This document shows positions 1 to 9,944 of a stretch of DNA of 64,000 nt, in pieces. Every line of letters starts with the position of its first letter. Within the stretch, counting starts at the first letter, position 1. A model generated the notes under the pieces. The model worked only from the letters and a program-made list of their open reading frames with translations. It did not search any database and had not been told where the DNA came from. Made by a program: the position numbers and the translations under genes. Source of the stretch: a virus (Duplodnaviria > Heunggongvirae > Uroviricota > Caudoviricetes); the IMG/VR virus record IMGVR_UViG_3300035698_035307, positions 23,521-87,520 of that record, one strand, 5' to 3'.

Positions 1-2095
1 CAGATTTCATACCTGAAGCCATTCTCTTAAAGTCTCTTTCAGTAAGCTTAACTTTCCTCTTAACTTTCATTTCACCTGATTTCTCATCGTATTCCCATAC
101 AGGTGCTGTTAAATTAGCCCATTCTTGAACACCTTCAGCAAGTCCAGCAAGTGTTTTACCTGCTTTGCTTAATGCCCAAACGCCAATATTAACTCTCATT
201 AGCTTACCCCAATCAATCATACCAAACTTGTTTAAGAATGGTGCAGTGAAAGCATCAGCTACTGAGCTTATTACATATTTCATGTTATCAGCATCTCTGC
301 TGGTAAATCCTAATTTCTTAAATACTACTAATGAAGCTCCAATTGCAACTAAAGCAATACCAGCTGGTATATACATTAAAGCAATAGGTACCATTGCAGC
401 TGCTAATATCATTGAACTACCGATAGCGGCTATTGTACCAAAGAAACCTTCATCTCCATCTAAACCAAGGAACGCGTTTCTTATTCCACTGATTGCTGAT
501 TGTAATAATGATTCGTCACCATTTTCCCAACCACTAGCTTTAAATGTAGCTAATCCAGCTCCAATTAATACTAATGCAGTACCAGCAACTATACCGGCAG
601 CTGCTCCTAAAATAATAAATGCTGCAACTACTGGTATTCCCATTAAACCAAATTCAAGGCCAATCATTGCAAGTGTAGCACCTACCATTCCGATTTGTTC
701 CCAATCTCGTTCAACTGCATCTAATATAATTCCAATACCAACTCCTAATACTATCATTGCTACTGCACCTACGATTAACGCTGCAGCACCCATTAAAATA
801 TTTCCACCGAAGTTACCAATAAGAACTAATGCTAAACCGAAACCTCCAATGATAGCTCCAACCATTCCTATTTGTTCCCAATCTCTATCTACTGAATCAA
901 GTAACATTTTTAATGCAACAGAAAGGATAATCATTGCTACTGCACCTATAATTAAAGCTATTGCTGCTTTCATCATGTCTTTAGCTCTTTGACCAACTAA
1001 ATATAACATTAATGCAAAAGCACCTATAACTACTATTGTTTGTAAAATATCTTCCCAACTTGGGGCTAATTTGTGCCAGAAGTAAAGTGCTAAACCAAAT
1101 ATAACGATGGCAACACCTATCATCCACAGGGCATATGCACCTTGTTTCACATCTTTATCAACTTTAGATAATAACCACATTACTCCTACAAATAGTATTA
1201 ATGTAAGAAGTATAGGCAGTATAAAGACAGCACCCATGATGTAAAGAGGTCCAATCAATGCGATTGCTATGCCGAATAAAGCGATTGACCAGGCGATCTG
1301 TTTTAAGTTCTGAGCACCTTCGCCGATTGATTTATCTAAACCTTTAGATGCAATTATTTTAAATATTGTTAAGAATATTCCAAGAACTAATAATATTGGT
1401 ATCATTGAAAGCGCAGCAACTAAATAAATAGGTCCTGATAATGCAATTGCAAGTCCAAATAATACAATTGACGCTGCAATTTGTTTAAGAGCTCTCGCTC
1501 CACCTTCTAATAAACCATCTTCAAATGCTTCGAATACTCCACCTAAAGCCATTAATAATTTCTTGATTACGAATACAACTAATGGAACTGCAACAATACC
1601 AACTGCATAAAGCGGCAGTGCAATTACTAAACCGATTCCTAGGCCAATAATACCTAATGCAAGCATTCCTAATAACTTAGGAACCTTTAAGAAAAATTCA
1701 AATGCTTTTTCTGATTTTTTGAAACCTTCTCCCATCTTAGTGATACCATCAATAAGACTATCAAAGACTTTACCATCTACTGTACTGTAGGCTTTTACTG
1801 CATCAACAATCATTGTCAAACCTTTACCAAACATCTCGACTGTTACACCTAATGCTTGAAGTTCGGCAGCTTTCATTCCGTCCCCTCCACTAGGACCTTC
1901 CGTTATGGCGGTCTTAATAGATTTGTTAATTTCAACTAGTTGATTTATCTTATCAGATATGTTGATAATCGCAGCGAAGTATGGGTGTGATGAATCACTG
2001 AGAGCTAAATTAATCTCAGATAATTCATCAACCATAGCTTGCTGATTTTCTTGTGACATTTTCTCGAAAGGAGAAGCGAATATATTAAAACCCAT
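1..2095 (-). CDS. Tape measure protein, N-terminal ~698 aa (runs off the window start; absent from the ORF track)
   Basis: Manual translation from ATG 2095 (MGFNIFASPFEKMSQENQ...) is open to base 1. It is Ala/Gly/Ile/Leu-rich with ~59-aa repeats (DRDWEQIGMVGA / ERDWEQIGMVGA, 177 bp apart) and lies directly downstream of the tail chaperones, tube and sheath. Confidence 0.8.
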   Translation of the reverse strand, partial: MGFNIFASPFEKMSQENQQAMVDELSEINLALSDSSHPYFAAIINISDKINQLVEINKSIKTAITEGPSGGDGMKAAELQALGVTVEMFGKGLTMIVDAVKAYSTVDGKVFDSLIDGITKMGEGFKKSEKAFEFFLKVPKLLGMLALGIIGLGIGLVIALPLYAVGIVAVPLVVFVIKKLLMALGGVFEAFEDGLLEGGARALKQIAASIVLFGLAIALSGPIYLVAALSMIPILLVLGIFLTIFKIIASKGLDKSIGEGAQNLKQIAWSIALFGIAIALIGPLYIMGAVFILPILLTLILFVGVMWLLSKVDKDVKQGAYALWMIGVAIVIFGLALYFWHKLAPSWEDILQTIVVIGAFALMLYLVGQRAKDMMKAAIALIIGAVAMIILSVALKMLLDSVDRDWEQIGMVGAIIGGFGLALVLIGNFGGNILMGAAALIVGAVAMIVLGVGIGIILDAVERDWEQIGMVGATLAMIGLEFGLMGIPVVAAFIILGAAAGIVAGTALVLIGAGLATFKASGWENGDESLLQSAISGIRNAFLGLDGDEGFFGTIAAIGSSMILAAAMVPIALMYIPAGIALVAIGASLVVFKKLGFTSRDADNMKYVISSVADAFTAPFLNKFGMIDWGKLMRVNIGVWALSKAGKTLAGLAEGVQEWANLTAPVWEYDEKSGEMKVKRKVKLTERDFKRMASGMKS

Positions 2096-2120
2096 TCAAT
2101 CATTGATAATTTTTTACAAG

Positions 2121-2420
2121 TTACATTTTAGGTATCTTTATGCTAGGACTCTTTAAGCCTGTGGTTTTTAAACCAGCCATAGGAGAAATTCCTTTCATGT
2201 ACTTATCTGCACCTTTTACGCCACTTGTTTGTGTTTTATTTATCGAACTTGACATGTTACCATATTGTTCGGCGCTTTGCTCTTCCTGGTCTTTACGACC
2301 ATCTTTCTCTTTCTTCAGGTGCTCTACTAAATTATTTATCGTGTATTGATATTCATAAAACTCCCAAAGTTCTATCTCACTTGGGTTAATGTGTAAATGG
2401 TGCATGAGATAGAACTTCAT
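2121..2420 (-). CDS. gp51: gp51-like baseplate hub/tail assembly chaperone (C-terminal partner; frame is open upstream to 2483)
   Basis: SLENYFKMKFYLMHHLHINPSEIELWEFYEYQY resembles the short gp51-like consensus of T4-like phages. It sits between the gp26-like gene and the tape measure gene. Confidence 0.65.
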   Translation of the reverse strand: MKFYLMHHLHINPSEIELWEFYEYQYTINNLVEHLKKEKDGRKDQEEQSAEQYGNMSSSINKTQTSGVKGADKYMKGISPMAGLKTTGLKSPSIKIPKM

Positions 2421-2421
2421 T

Positions 2422-3468
2422 TTAAAGTAATTCTCCAGAGATATCTGGAAGCATGAAAAGAGCTTTGATGCCTCCAGGAAAGTCTACTCGGGTGGCGACC
2501 TCAGCACCACATTCTTGACATTCTTGGACTATATTTGGCTTAACACCAATCTTCATCTTTTCAGCAATAGCGTACACTACGTTATACTTAGTAGTATCCC
2601 AACCTTTAAAGTCTACTTCACCGTCGAATATATTTTTTTCTTTGAATCCTCTCCACTCAGTTTGGATATAAGGCAGAATCTGTGTCCACGCTTTGTCCCA
2701 ACCTTCATCTTTTCTACGCTTACCATCTACATAGTCAGCTAGTACTTTCATCACACCTACTGATGGTGGTGACATTCTAATAATACCTGATGATTTAGTT
2801 TGGATGACATAACATCTTTCTTCTTCGCTGTAATATTTTTCAATATGTGCAGGTACTTCATTTAAGCCAAATGAATCAGGCTTTATTTCGATTGTAAGTT
2901 CTTCACCGCAATCTGGACATTTCTTCTTGAATTGAAGTCTTGATTCAGGTTCTGGGAATGTAAGGTCTCTAATCTTTAAAAGAATAAAAATCTTGTCTTC
3001 TTCTCTAATATCTTTCCAACTTAACATTCTACCTTCTGACGATATACGTACACAATTTTGTAGAATATAATTTAACTTATCTTCAATATCGAATAAGTCT
3101 CTCTCATTAAGTGTAGACCAATGACGAATCTCATTCACCTTTGCAGCCCTGATTTGCATCTTGATTCCTGCAAGGTAAAATTTACCAGTTGAAGGTAAAT
3201 CGTCAGTATAAATACTATGCCATCCCATTAACATATCGGCACTTTCAAATTCTCCAGAATCTCTACCCTTTATGTTTACTTTACCAAGATTATCTTTACC
3301 TGTAAGTTCTTTAAGCTTCTCAGCTTTTTCTAAATAAGGGTCTTTAACCTCTACTTTTTCAACTTCTTGGCCACCATGTGCATTTTCTCCAGTCGCTTCT
3401 TTTCTTTCTACGATTTCACGAGCTTTGTCTTCAAATGCTTGATTCTTTTTTTCTTCGTTTTCTGCCAT
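2422..3468 (-). CDS. gp26: gp26-like baseplate hub assembly chaperone
   Basis: 348 aa with LPSTGKFY and two CxxC motifs (CPDCG, CQECG). Located between the tail tube and the tape measure genes. Confidence 0.65.
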   Translation of the reverse strand: MAENEEKKNQAFEDKAREIVERKEATGENAHGGQEVEKVEVKDPYLEKAEKLKELTGKDNLGKVNIKGRDSGEFESADMLMGWHSIYTDDLPSTGKFYLAGIKMQIRAAKVNEIRHWSTLNERDLFDIEDKLNYILQNCVRISSEGRMLSWKDIREEDKIFILLKIRDLTFPEPESRLQFKKKCPDCGEELTIEIKPDSFGLNEVPAHIEKYYSEEERCYVIQTKSSGIIRMSPPSVGVMKVLADYVDGKRRKDEGWDKAWTQILPYIQTEWRGFKEKNIFDGEVDFKGWDTTKYNVVYAIAEKMKIGVKPNIVQECQECGAEVATRVDFPGGIKALFMLPDISGELL

Positions 3469-3473
3469 TTTGA

Positions 3474-3707
3474 TTAATTTTTTCTTGTTATTTCTTTAAC
3501 GTCTTTCTTTACGAAAGAATCTTGAACCTTGTTTTTTTGTTCGTTATACAATGCAATTTCTCTTTGTAAAAGATTTCTGACAAATGTTGAAAGTGGTTCT
3601 GGTCTTTCACCATCATCAAGCGCTTTAGTAAGAATCATTTTATTTAATTCTCTTAAGCTTTCTTTAGAAATTAGAACTTGTATCTTTTCTGTTAATTGTT
3701 CTCCCAT
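3474..3707 (-). CDS. Small ribbon-helix-helix-like DNA-binding protein
   Basis: 77 aa with a strand-helix-helix pattern (KIQVLIS / KESLRELNKMIL / LSTFVRNLLQREI). It has its own GATATATA motif upstream. Confidence 0.5.
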   Translation of the reverse strand: MGEQLTEKIQVLISKESLRELNKMILTKALDDGERPEPLSTFVRNLLQREIALYNEQKNKVQDSFVKKDVKEITRKN

Positions 3708-3761
3708 TTCATATTATTATATTTTTATAGTATAATAGTATTTTATATATCGTATCACCCT

Positions 3762-3788
3762 AAAAAAACCGGAAAGTAATTCCGGTTT
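3762..3788 (-). terminator. Rho-independent terminator after tail tube gene
   Basis: 9-bp stem AAACCGGAA/TTCCGGTTT followed by a T-run on the minus strand. Confidence 0.8.
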
Positions 3789-3807
3789 AAATATGTTTTA
3801 TTTAACT

Positions 3808-4356
3808 TTAAGCTAATTCTTCTTCCCAATGGTCACACTTGAACGCCATGTCAATTGCTACTGGGTCGTTAGTTCCATATTCTAGTGAATCTGCTAAAGA
3901 TAAACCATCTTTTGGAAATACGTGAAATAATGTAAGCTTTCTAAAAATCTCACCTTTTCTGTTGTACTGTACAATAATTAGTGTTCCAGTATAATCCTTC
4001 TTCAAGCCCATTTCGCCTGTTTCTGGGTCATATACCTTCTTATACCAGTCTCTTAGAGTCTTGTATATGTAAAGTTGATTTGATTCGTTTAAGTTAAGAG
4101 AAAAGTTAACAGTTACGTCAATTGATGTAGTACCAGGCATTGCAGCAAAACTTCTATCTGCGAACTTATACTTCTGACCTACAGCATCTATTGCAGGATT
4201 AACTCCTCCAAGACCTCCGATACTATTAACATGCTCTAATAACAGGCCGCCATCTATACCATTAGGTGGTAAAAATGTTACCTCAAACAAGTTAGGATAT
4301 ACTGGGTCCTCTTGTTTACTTGATGCTTTCGATACTTTATAATGTGGTAATGCCAT
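3808..4356 (-). CDS. gp19: Tail tube protein
   Basis: 182 aa with the gp19 pattern (NLFEVTF, LRDWYKKV, DYTGTLIIVQYNRKG, FKCDHWEE). Follows the sheath gene. Confidence 0.9.
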   Translation of the reverse strand: MALPHYKVSKASSKQEDPVYPNLFEVTFLPPNGIDGGLLLEHVNSIGGLGGVNPAIDAVGQKYKFADRSFAAMPGTTSIDVTVNFSLNLNESNQLYIYKTLRDWYKKVYDPETGEMGLKKDYTGTLIIVQYNRKGEIFRKLTLFHVFPKDGLSLADSLEYGTNDPVAIDMAFKCDHWEEELA

Positions 4357-4416
4357 TTTTCTTTAATTTTTTTCTATCTTTGTTTATATATCTATTCCTT
4401 TTAGGGAATTGTGATA

Positions 4417-4445
4417 AAAGGAACCTGCTGAGCAGATTCCTTTTT
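4417..4445 (-). terminator. Terminator between sheath and tube genes
   Basis: Hairpin AAAAGGAATCTGC-TCA-GCAGGTTCCTTTT (one G-U pair). Confidence 0.7.
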
Positions 4446-4454
4446 AATTAGATT

Positions 4455-7400
4455 TTATAAATATTGTCCTGTCTGAATTGCTCCAGTCTTAAGAACTGTT
4501 GTTCTGTGAACTAATATTTCAAGTCCTTTTGTAGGTTCAACGTAAGTATCTAAGATTCCCATATTAGCATCTATTACGTCTGTAGTGTTGTTTGTTGTGT
4601 CCATAATGTTTTTATAATCATATACACCGTTATCAACTCTTACTGACTCTAAGAAATTATCTGCAAGAGTCTTGATTTCAAGTCTTGTTTGTGGAGTGTT
4701 AAACTCAAATTGATAATTCTTAAGAATTTCTGCTACACCGTCTTCGATATAAATTAATACCTCTCTAACGTGAGTACTAGATAATGCTGATTTAATTGAC
4801 TGCTGAGCAGTTTTGTTACCAGCGATTTGTAAACCAACGCCTCTTTGGAATATAATTGGATTGATTCCGAATGGTTCAAGATTATCTCTGTCTTCTCTAT
4901 CGAAATTCATTTCTAAACCAACTACACCTTTACCGCTTACAACTCCTCTTCTTGGACCTGCTACGATTGACCAAGGTAGCGCATTTATATACTTAGCAAC
5001 AAAGTTATTAGAAACATATGCTGCAGGTGGTACGTTAATGTTCTTACCTCTATCTCTTACAACGATGTAAGGAGCGTAGAAAGAAATATAGTTTGCACCA
5101 TTTGCAAGTGATGGAAGTGAATAAACTAATGTAGGATTCTTAGTTAAATCTCCACCGTCTTTAATAAAGTGTGTTTGTAGTATTCCATTTGCATCTACGA
5201 ATACAGGGTCAGTTGACTTCTTAAAGTCTTCCATTGAAGGTGCACTTGCTAACGCTAAAGCATTTTGTCTTCCTTGTGCAAGGATAGAGAATTGCTTCTT
5301 AGATTCGTTTGCAATACCTTTTCCGAAAGTATCAACAATGTATCTGTAACTTATAGATTCTTTATCTACTAAAGCTTTGTATAAGTTCGTACCTGAACCG
5401 ATTGTCTCATCTAAAATTTCATCAATTCTATCTTGAGTACCATTAGGAACATGGTAGTTACTTCTTAATGTAAATCCGTTAAGTGCAAATAATTTATAAT
5501 ACTCTATAACTGATTCAATTTGCTTGTATCTTTCTATTGTACTTACTCCACCTACTACGCTAAGTTTTACCTTCTCATTTGTAGTTACTGTAAGTGTATC
5601 ACCTGATTGAGAAATTCTATTAACTTTCGTTAATCTTGATTCTCCAGCTGGGCCAGTTGCATCTGCTACGATATAATCACCTACTGCAATAGCATTGTTA
5701 TATGTTGCTGCTGATAATGTAAATTGATTAGCTCCTAATGAAGTTATAATATTCATTACTGCATTTATAGCGCCAGCTAACGATTGAATTATCTCTATTT
5801 CAGTTGTTGTAACATCGCCATTAGTATCTTTATAGTTACCTGCTGTAAATGCTGGTAATTCTGAAAGAGTAGCTACTGTTAATGTTGCTGATGTATGTGC
5901 TTTTTCTAATACTACAGGAACTGAATAATGTGTTGCTGCTTGAAGAACTTCGTTACCATCAAGGAAACCATAAGTTCCGTCATCAACTACCATTGCAACT
6001 GCTGTTGTTTTAGAGAATGAAAGGAATAACGTTTCGAATGAAGCACCTGTATTAGCTACTACTGCATCACCTGAAGTTAAAATACCTTCATCAAAGTCAT
6101 CATATAGTCCATTAAATGGAGCTGATAAGATTCCGTAATTCACACCGTCAAAACCGTCTGATACTGCAAGAGTTCTCTTTGCAAAATCTGGTACTGACAT
6201 GAAGAACATTTTATTAGTTGCTCCTGAAGTATCTAAATGAATAGCATATCCATCACCTTCTACTGAAAGTCCGATGTATAATTTACCACCTGTTTCTTGA
6301 AGAGTTACTACTGGTGCCCAATTGTAGGTTCCAGCTTTCACCATTAGAACGAATGAACCTACTGTTCTGCTTGTTCCTCCTGGAGTATTATTAAATAAAC
6401 TGCTTTCTATTTCACTGTATTGTGGATGTGCAGTTGGTCCACTTGCTTGTACTATAATCTGGTAGTTAGCGGTTCCTGAACCAGTTACTGCTGCTACTGA
6501 CATTGGAGGTGTTGCTGTTGCACCGCCAGTACTTGCTGGTATAATATCGAAGTTAATATCGTTTGCTGTTGCAACAACATCAAAATCAATAGCTTCCGTT
6601 TGACTCTCACCGTAGTTTAAATCATCCTTAATCAGTCTATCATAAGATAGATATTGGATTCTATTAAAATTCTCATCTGTATTAACTGCATACTCTAAAT
6701 TATGACCAACTAAATCAATACCTGAATAGTTACTACCGTCATAATTAACTTGTTTAACACCTGAAAGGATATCACCTGAATCAAATAATTCTTTATTGAT
6801 TGCACAGAAAAGTCCTGTTTTACTTGTTTCAAAGTTAACAAGGTCTTGTAAGAACATGTTGTTACCATCTTGGTCAATAAAATCTGGAACAAGTGTACCA
6901 GTATAAATTGCTAAAGTGTTAACTTCAGGTAAATTAAGGAAAGTCTGCATTGATGACTTTATAATTCCTTTTGTTGAGTGGAAATAATCTGAAAAGATTG
7001 GGTCAATTGCAAGTTTAGCATAATCGCTATAGTCTCCATCTAATACAATCACATCAACGAAATAATCGCTAATATAGTCATATTCATTCATGAAGTCAGG
7101 TACATTTTCTGCACCGTACCATTCTTTTGCAATGATATCAAAACCTGAAAGATTTTGAGCTTTTCTTGTTAAAACCGTGATAGGTTTTTGCTTTAAATTA
7201 ACTAACTGAAATAATTCAGAGTTAGTATTTAAAGTTCTTAGCATTGATTCCGCTTCTGGGAACCAAAATTTCTCTTTATTATAGAAACCTGAGTATAACG
7301 CAGTCTTTTCAGCTGAGTTTGCTAAGGTTGCTGATGTTGAGAATGTTTGATAATCAATCGTATCAACTGTTGGGCTTTCAGTATCGTTGTTTAATCTTAA

Positions 7401-7679
7401 TAGATTTAATGCAAGGATTGGGCCTCTTTCTAAAGCTGTTAATGCACTTCTGTGAAAATAACCGCCTTTTCTTTCCAATGTTCTGTCAATACCACCGTAT
7501 ACTTCCTGGAAGAAAGCTGGGTCGTTAATGAAGATAGGAGTGTTGAAAGGTCCTTTGTTTGAATAACCTACAACTAAACGTATTGTCTCTGAAGGTACAT
7601 CAGCTGTCTGACTTCTATCAAATTCAAGTCTATATACACCTGAACTTTTAAATTGTAATAATTCTGGACTTAATGCCAT
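4455..7679 (-). CDS. gp18: Tail sheath protein (enlarged, 1074 aa)
   Basis: N-terminal SSGVYRLEFDRS...KGPFNTP; conserved C-terminus (PPAAYVS, VAGPRRG, INPI, GNKT, SALSSTHVREVL, EFN). Confidence 0.92.
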   Translation of the reverse strand: MALSPELLQFKSSGVYRLEFDRSQTADVPSETIRLVVGYSNKGPFNTPIFINDPAFFQEVYGGIDRTLERKGGYFHRSALTALERGPILALNLLRLNNDTESPTVDTIDYQTFSTSATLANSAEKTALYSGFYNKEKFWFPEAESMLRTLNTNSELFQLVNLKQKPITVLTRKAQNLSGFDIIAKEWYGAENVPDFMNEYDYISDYFVDVIVLDGDYSDYAKLAIDPIFSDYFHSTKGIIKSSMQTFLNLPEVNTLAIYTGTLVPDFIDQDGNNMFLQDLVNFETSKTGLFCAINKELFDSGDILSGVKQVNYDGSNYSGIDLVGHNLEYAVNTDENFNRIQYLSYDRLIKDDLNYGESQTEAIDFDVVATANDINFDIIPASTGGATATPPMSVAAVTGSGTANYQIIVQASGPTAHPQYSEIESSLFNNTPGGTSRTVGSFVLMVKAGTYNWAPVVTLQETGGKLYIGLSVEGDGYAIHLDTSGATNKMFFMSVPDFAKRTLAVSDGFDGVNYGILSAPFNGLYDDFDEGILTSGDAVVANTGASFETLFLSFSKTTAVAMVVDDGTYGFLDGNEVLQAATHYSVPVVLEKAHTSATLTVATLSELPAFTAGNYKDTNGDVTTTEIEIIQSLAGAINAVMNIITSLGANQFTLSAATYNNAIAVGDYIVADATGPAGESRLTKVNRISQSGDTLTVTTNEKVKLSVVGGVSTIERYKQIESVIEYYKLFALNGFTLRSNYHVPNGTQDRIDEILDETIGSGTNLYKALVDKESISYRYIVDTFGKGIANESKKQFSILAQGRQNALALASAPSMEDFKKSTDPVFVDANGILQTHFIKDGGDLTKNPTLVYSLPSLANGANYISFYAPYIVVRDRGKNINVPPAAYVSNNFVAKYINALPWSIVAGPRRGVVSGKGVVGLEMNFDREDRDNLEPFGINPIIFQRGVGLQIAGNKTAQQSIKSALSSTHVREVLIYIEDGVAEILKNYQFEFNTPQTRLEIKTLADNFLESVRVDNGVYDYKNIMDTTNNTTDVIDANMGILDTYVEPTKGLEILVHRTTVLKTGAIQTGQYL

Positions 7680-7747
7680 AGTATTCTGGATTTTTTTTCT
7701 TTTATTATATATCCGCGTTCTTGTTCTTTAATTCAAATATTTTATCT

Positions 7748-8065
7748 TTACTTAAAAACCTTCTTAATGCCTTTAACTAAGTCTTTCTGGTCAGTTATCT
7801 CACCAAGCTTAGTGCTAGTTTTAAAATCGTTCCAATATACAACGCCACTTAGAACGTTGATAGAGATATAATCTTCACCTTTTTTGAACTGCACAACTAA
7901 ATCAATTGATGCATCCATTCCTGTATTATCTATTACAGGCTTAATAGTGCTATCAACTTCTGCAGGATATCCTGCTCCATTGAATGCATCTAGTATCGTA
8001 GCAACCATATCAACACTCTTCTCTAAAAGAAATTGACTGTGTGATTCTGTTATAAGTTTACGCAT
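7748..8065 (-). CDS. Hypothetical protein with an E-terminated leader (possible head protein)
   Basis: 105-aa ORF with a GATAAATA motif upstream; N-terminus LITE...QFLLE. Confidence 0.55.
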   Translation of the reverse strand: MRKLITESHSQFLLEKSVDMVATILDAFNGAGYPAEVDSTIKPVIDNTGMDASIDLVVQFKKGEDYISINVLSGVVYWNDFKTSTKLGEITDQKDLVKGIKKVFK

Positions 8066-8090
8066 ATTATAATCTTCTTATTTTATGTAT

Positions 8091-9929
8091 TTATCCCTTC
8101 AATAGGTCGTAAATATCATAATGTAAATCTCCATCTGTTCTATCTTTTCCTTTATACAGAATTTCTTCCATATATTCATGAAGTTCATCATCTATAATAT
8201 CTAACATTTCTTCAATAAAATCGGCATAATCTACTGTGTTCACAAACTCTGCACAATTGATAGATGACATAGCTAAATCATCATTACCTGTTTGGCCACC
8301 ATAACTACCGTTTGCTAGTTTACCAAATTTACTTATCTCGTATACTGTCATATGGTCTGTAAGCTCCATTCTATTGAGTTCTATAACCTTCTTAAAGTTT
8401 TGACATAAAATAGGTTTATTGTCTTTTTTAATTTTTAATCCGTAGTTTAACGTTTTTGCATCATGTCTGTGTTTAAATTTAACTACTGATTCCTCATCAA
8501 AATCATTTCTCTGTGGGAAGATAGTTGATAAGTATTTCATCATTACTGCACCGTATGCATTGTATTCTATGATAAGTTTTACATTCTCTGAATAGAATAA
8601 GTCGTAGTTCAGTATATAAAGAACTTTAGCAAAATCTTCGATTCCATGTTCATTACTTGAGAATCGGCCTACTTGTTTCAGTTTAAAGAAGTCGTACATA
8701 GCTCCTGGACCATGCATCTCTTTAATTTCTTCTCTACTTAATGGAACTACTTGGAACATATTAATAACGGAATTGTCACCACCATTACCTTCAGCTATAT
8801 CAATACTGAACACCCAATAGTTACCTTCATTCTCAATTTGTTCAATATCAAAATTCGGATGCCATGTCAAATGATTCTTTACATCAAGTGCTGCTTCATC
8901 AAATTCTTCAAACTCATGATAAACATAATGTCTCATATCCTTATCCATCTTCTTAAGAACTACTGCATTAAGAAGTAAACTTGAAGATGCAATAAATTGG
9001 TTACCATATTGTCTATTGAAAGCTTCTTCACCTTTAATACCACCGCCAAGCATACCAACTTCACGTTCTTTCCAAGCATCATCTCTTCCAGGTACTTGCC
9101 ACCAATCTACTTTAAATGGATGGAACTCACTCTCGCCCTTCACTGCGGCATCATAAATTTCATAGAACTTATTATACCCGTTAGGTGTACTCGTTATTAT
9201 AATTCTTGATATCTGAGATGAACTCAGAGTAGGGTAAACGTTCTCAAAGAATGATTCTACAATATTAGCTTGAACGTGTGCAAATTCATCAAGGAATAAT
9301 AAGTGAATTGTAAATGAGATACCTGCTTTACCAGTTGTAGATTGACCTACTAAACGACAACCATTATCAAATTTCATATTGGTTACATCATACTTAAGAA
9401 TACCTGGCTTCATAAACCAAGGGAGATTCTCAATAATAACTTTCGCTTTATCAATAATTTCTTTTGTTGTATCTAATTTGTTAGAAAGAATAAGAGCATT
9501 CTTATCAATATTGAATACTAAATACCATGCAATGAAAATAGCTGAGCAAATAGTTTTACCAATCTGTCTAGATGCAAGACAAACGTTAAATCGATTGTCG
9601 CAAAATGTATCAAGCATTTCACCTTGATAATCTCTTAATTTAATGGTCTGTAAACCATCATCTGTCATTACAGTTGCATATTTATTTGCAAAGTAATTAA
9701 TATCTTTAGCACATTTCTTAAGTTCAGCTTTCTCTTCAGGTGTATAAGCCCAAGCAATGTTACCTTTCTTAAGTGTAGGATTCCTATCATAGAATGGAGT
9801 GCCACCTTTTACTTTATAACCTTCATCAAGAGCTTTTACATATTCGCTAACCTTTTTAGTCGACCATACGTTTTTATCTTTTGATTTTATTTCACTTTCA
9901 TCAAATTTAATTAGAAACTCGTTCCCCAT
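8091..9929 (-). CDS. gp17: Terminase large subunit
   Basis: Walker A ASRQIGKT, Walker B LFLDEFAH, coupling motif IITSTPNG, nuclease acidic residues (SIDIAEG, NDDLAM). Confidence 0.96.
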   Translation of the reverse strand: MGNEFLIKFDESEIKSKDKNVWSTKKVSEYVKALDEGYKVKGGTPFYDRNPTLKKGNIAWAYTPEEKAELKKCAKDINYFANKYATVMTDDGLQTIKLRDYQGEMLDTFCDNRFNVCLASRQIGKTICSAIFIAWYLVFNIDKNALILSNKLDTTKEIIDKAKVIIENLPWFMKPGILKYDVTNMKFDNGCRLVGQSTTGKAGISFTIHLLFLDEFAHVQANIVESFFENVYPTLSSSQISRIIITSTPNGYNKFYEIYDAAVKGESEFHPFKVDWWQVPGRDDAWKEREVGMLGGGIKGEEAFNRQYGNQFIASSSLLLNAVVLKKMDKDMRHYVYHEFEEFDEAALDVKNHLTWHPNFDIEQIENEGNYWVFSIDIAEGNGGDNSVINMFQVVPLSREEIKEMHGPGAMYDFFKLKQVGRFSSNEHGIEDFAKVLYILNYDLFYSENVKLIIEYNAYGAVMMKYLSTIFPQRNDFDEESVVKFKHRHDAKTLNYGLKIKKDNKPILCQNFKKVIELNRMELTDHMTVYEISKFGKLANGSYGGQTGNDDLAMSSINCAEFVNTVDYADFIEEMLDIIDDELHEYMEEILYKGKDRTDGDLHYDIYDLLKG

Positions 9930-9944
9930 AATAATTCTTTCTTT

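Noticed and set aside
165-992. 275-aa plus-strand ORF
   Set aside because: Antisense shadow of the hydrophobic tape measure gene; no promoter or recognisable family.
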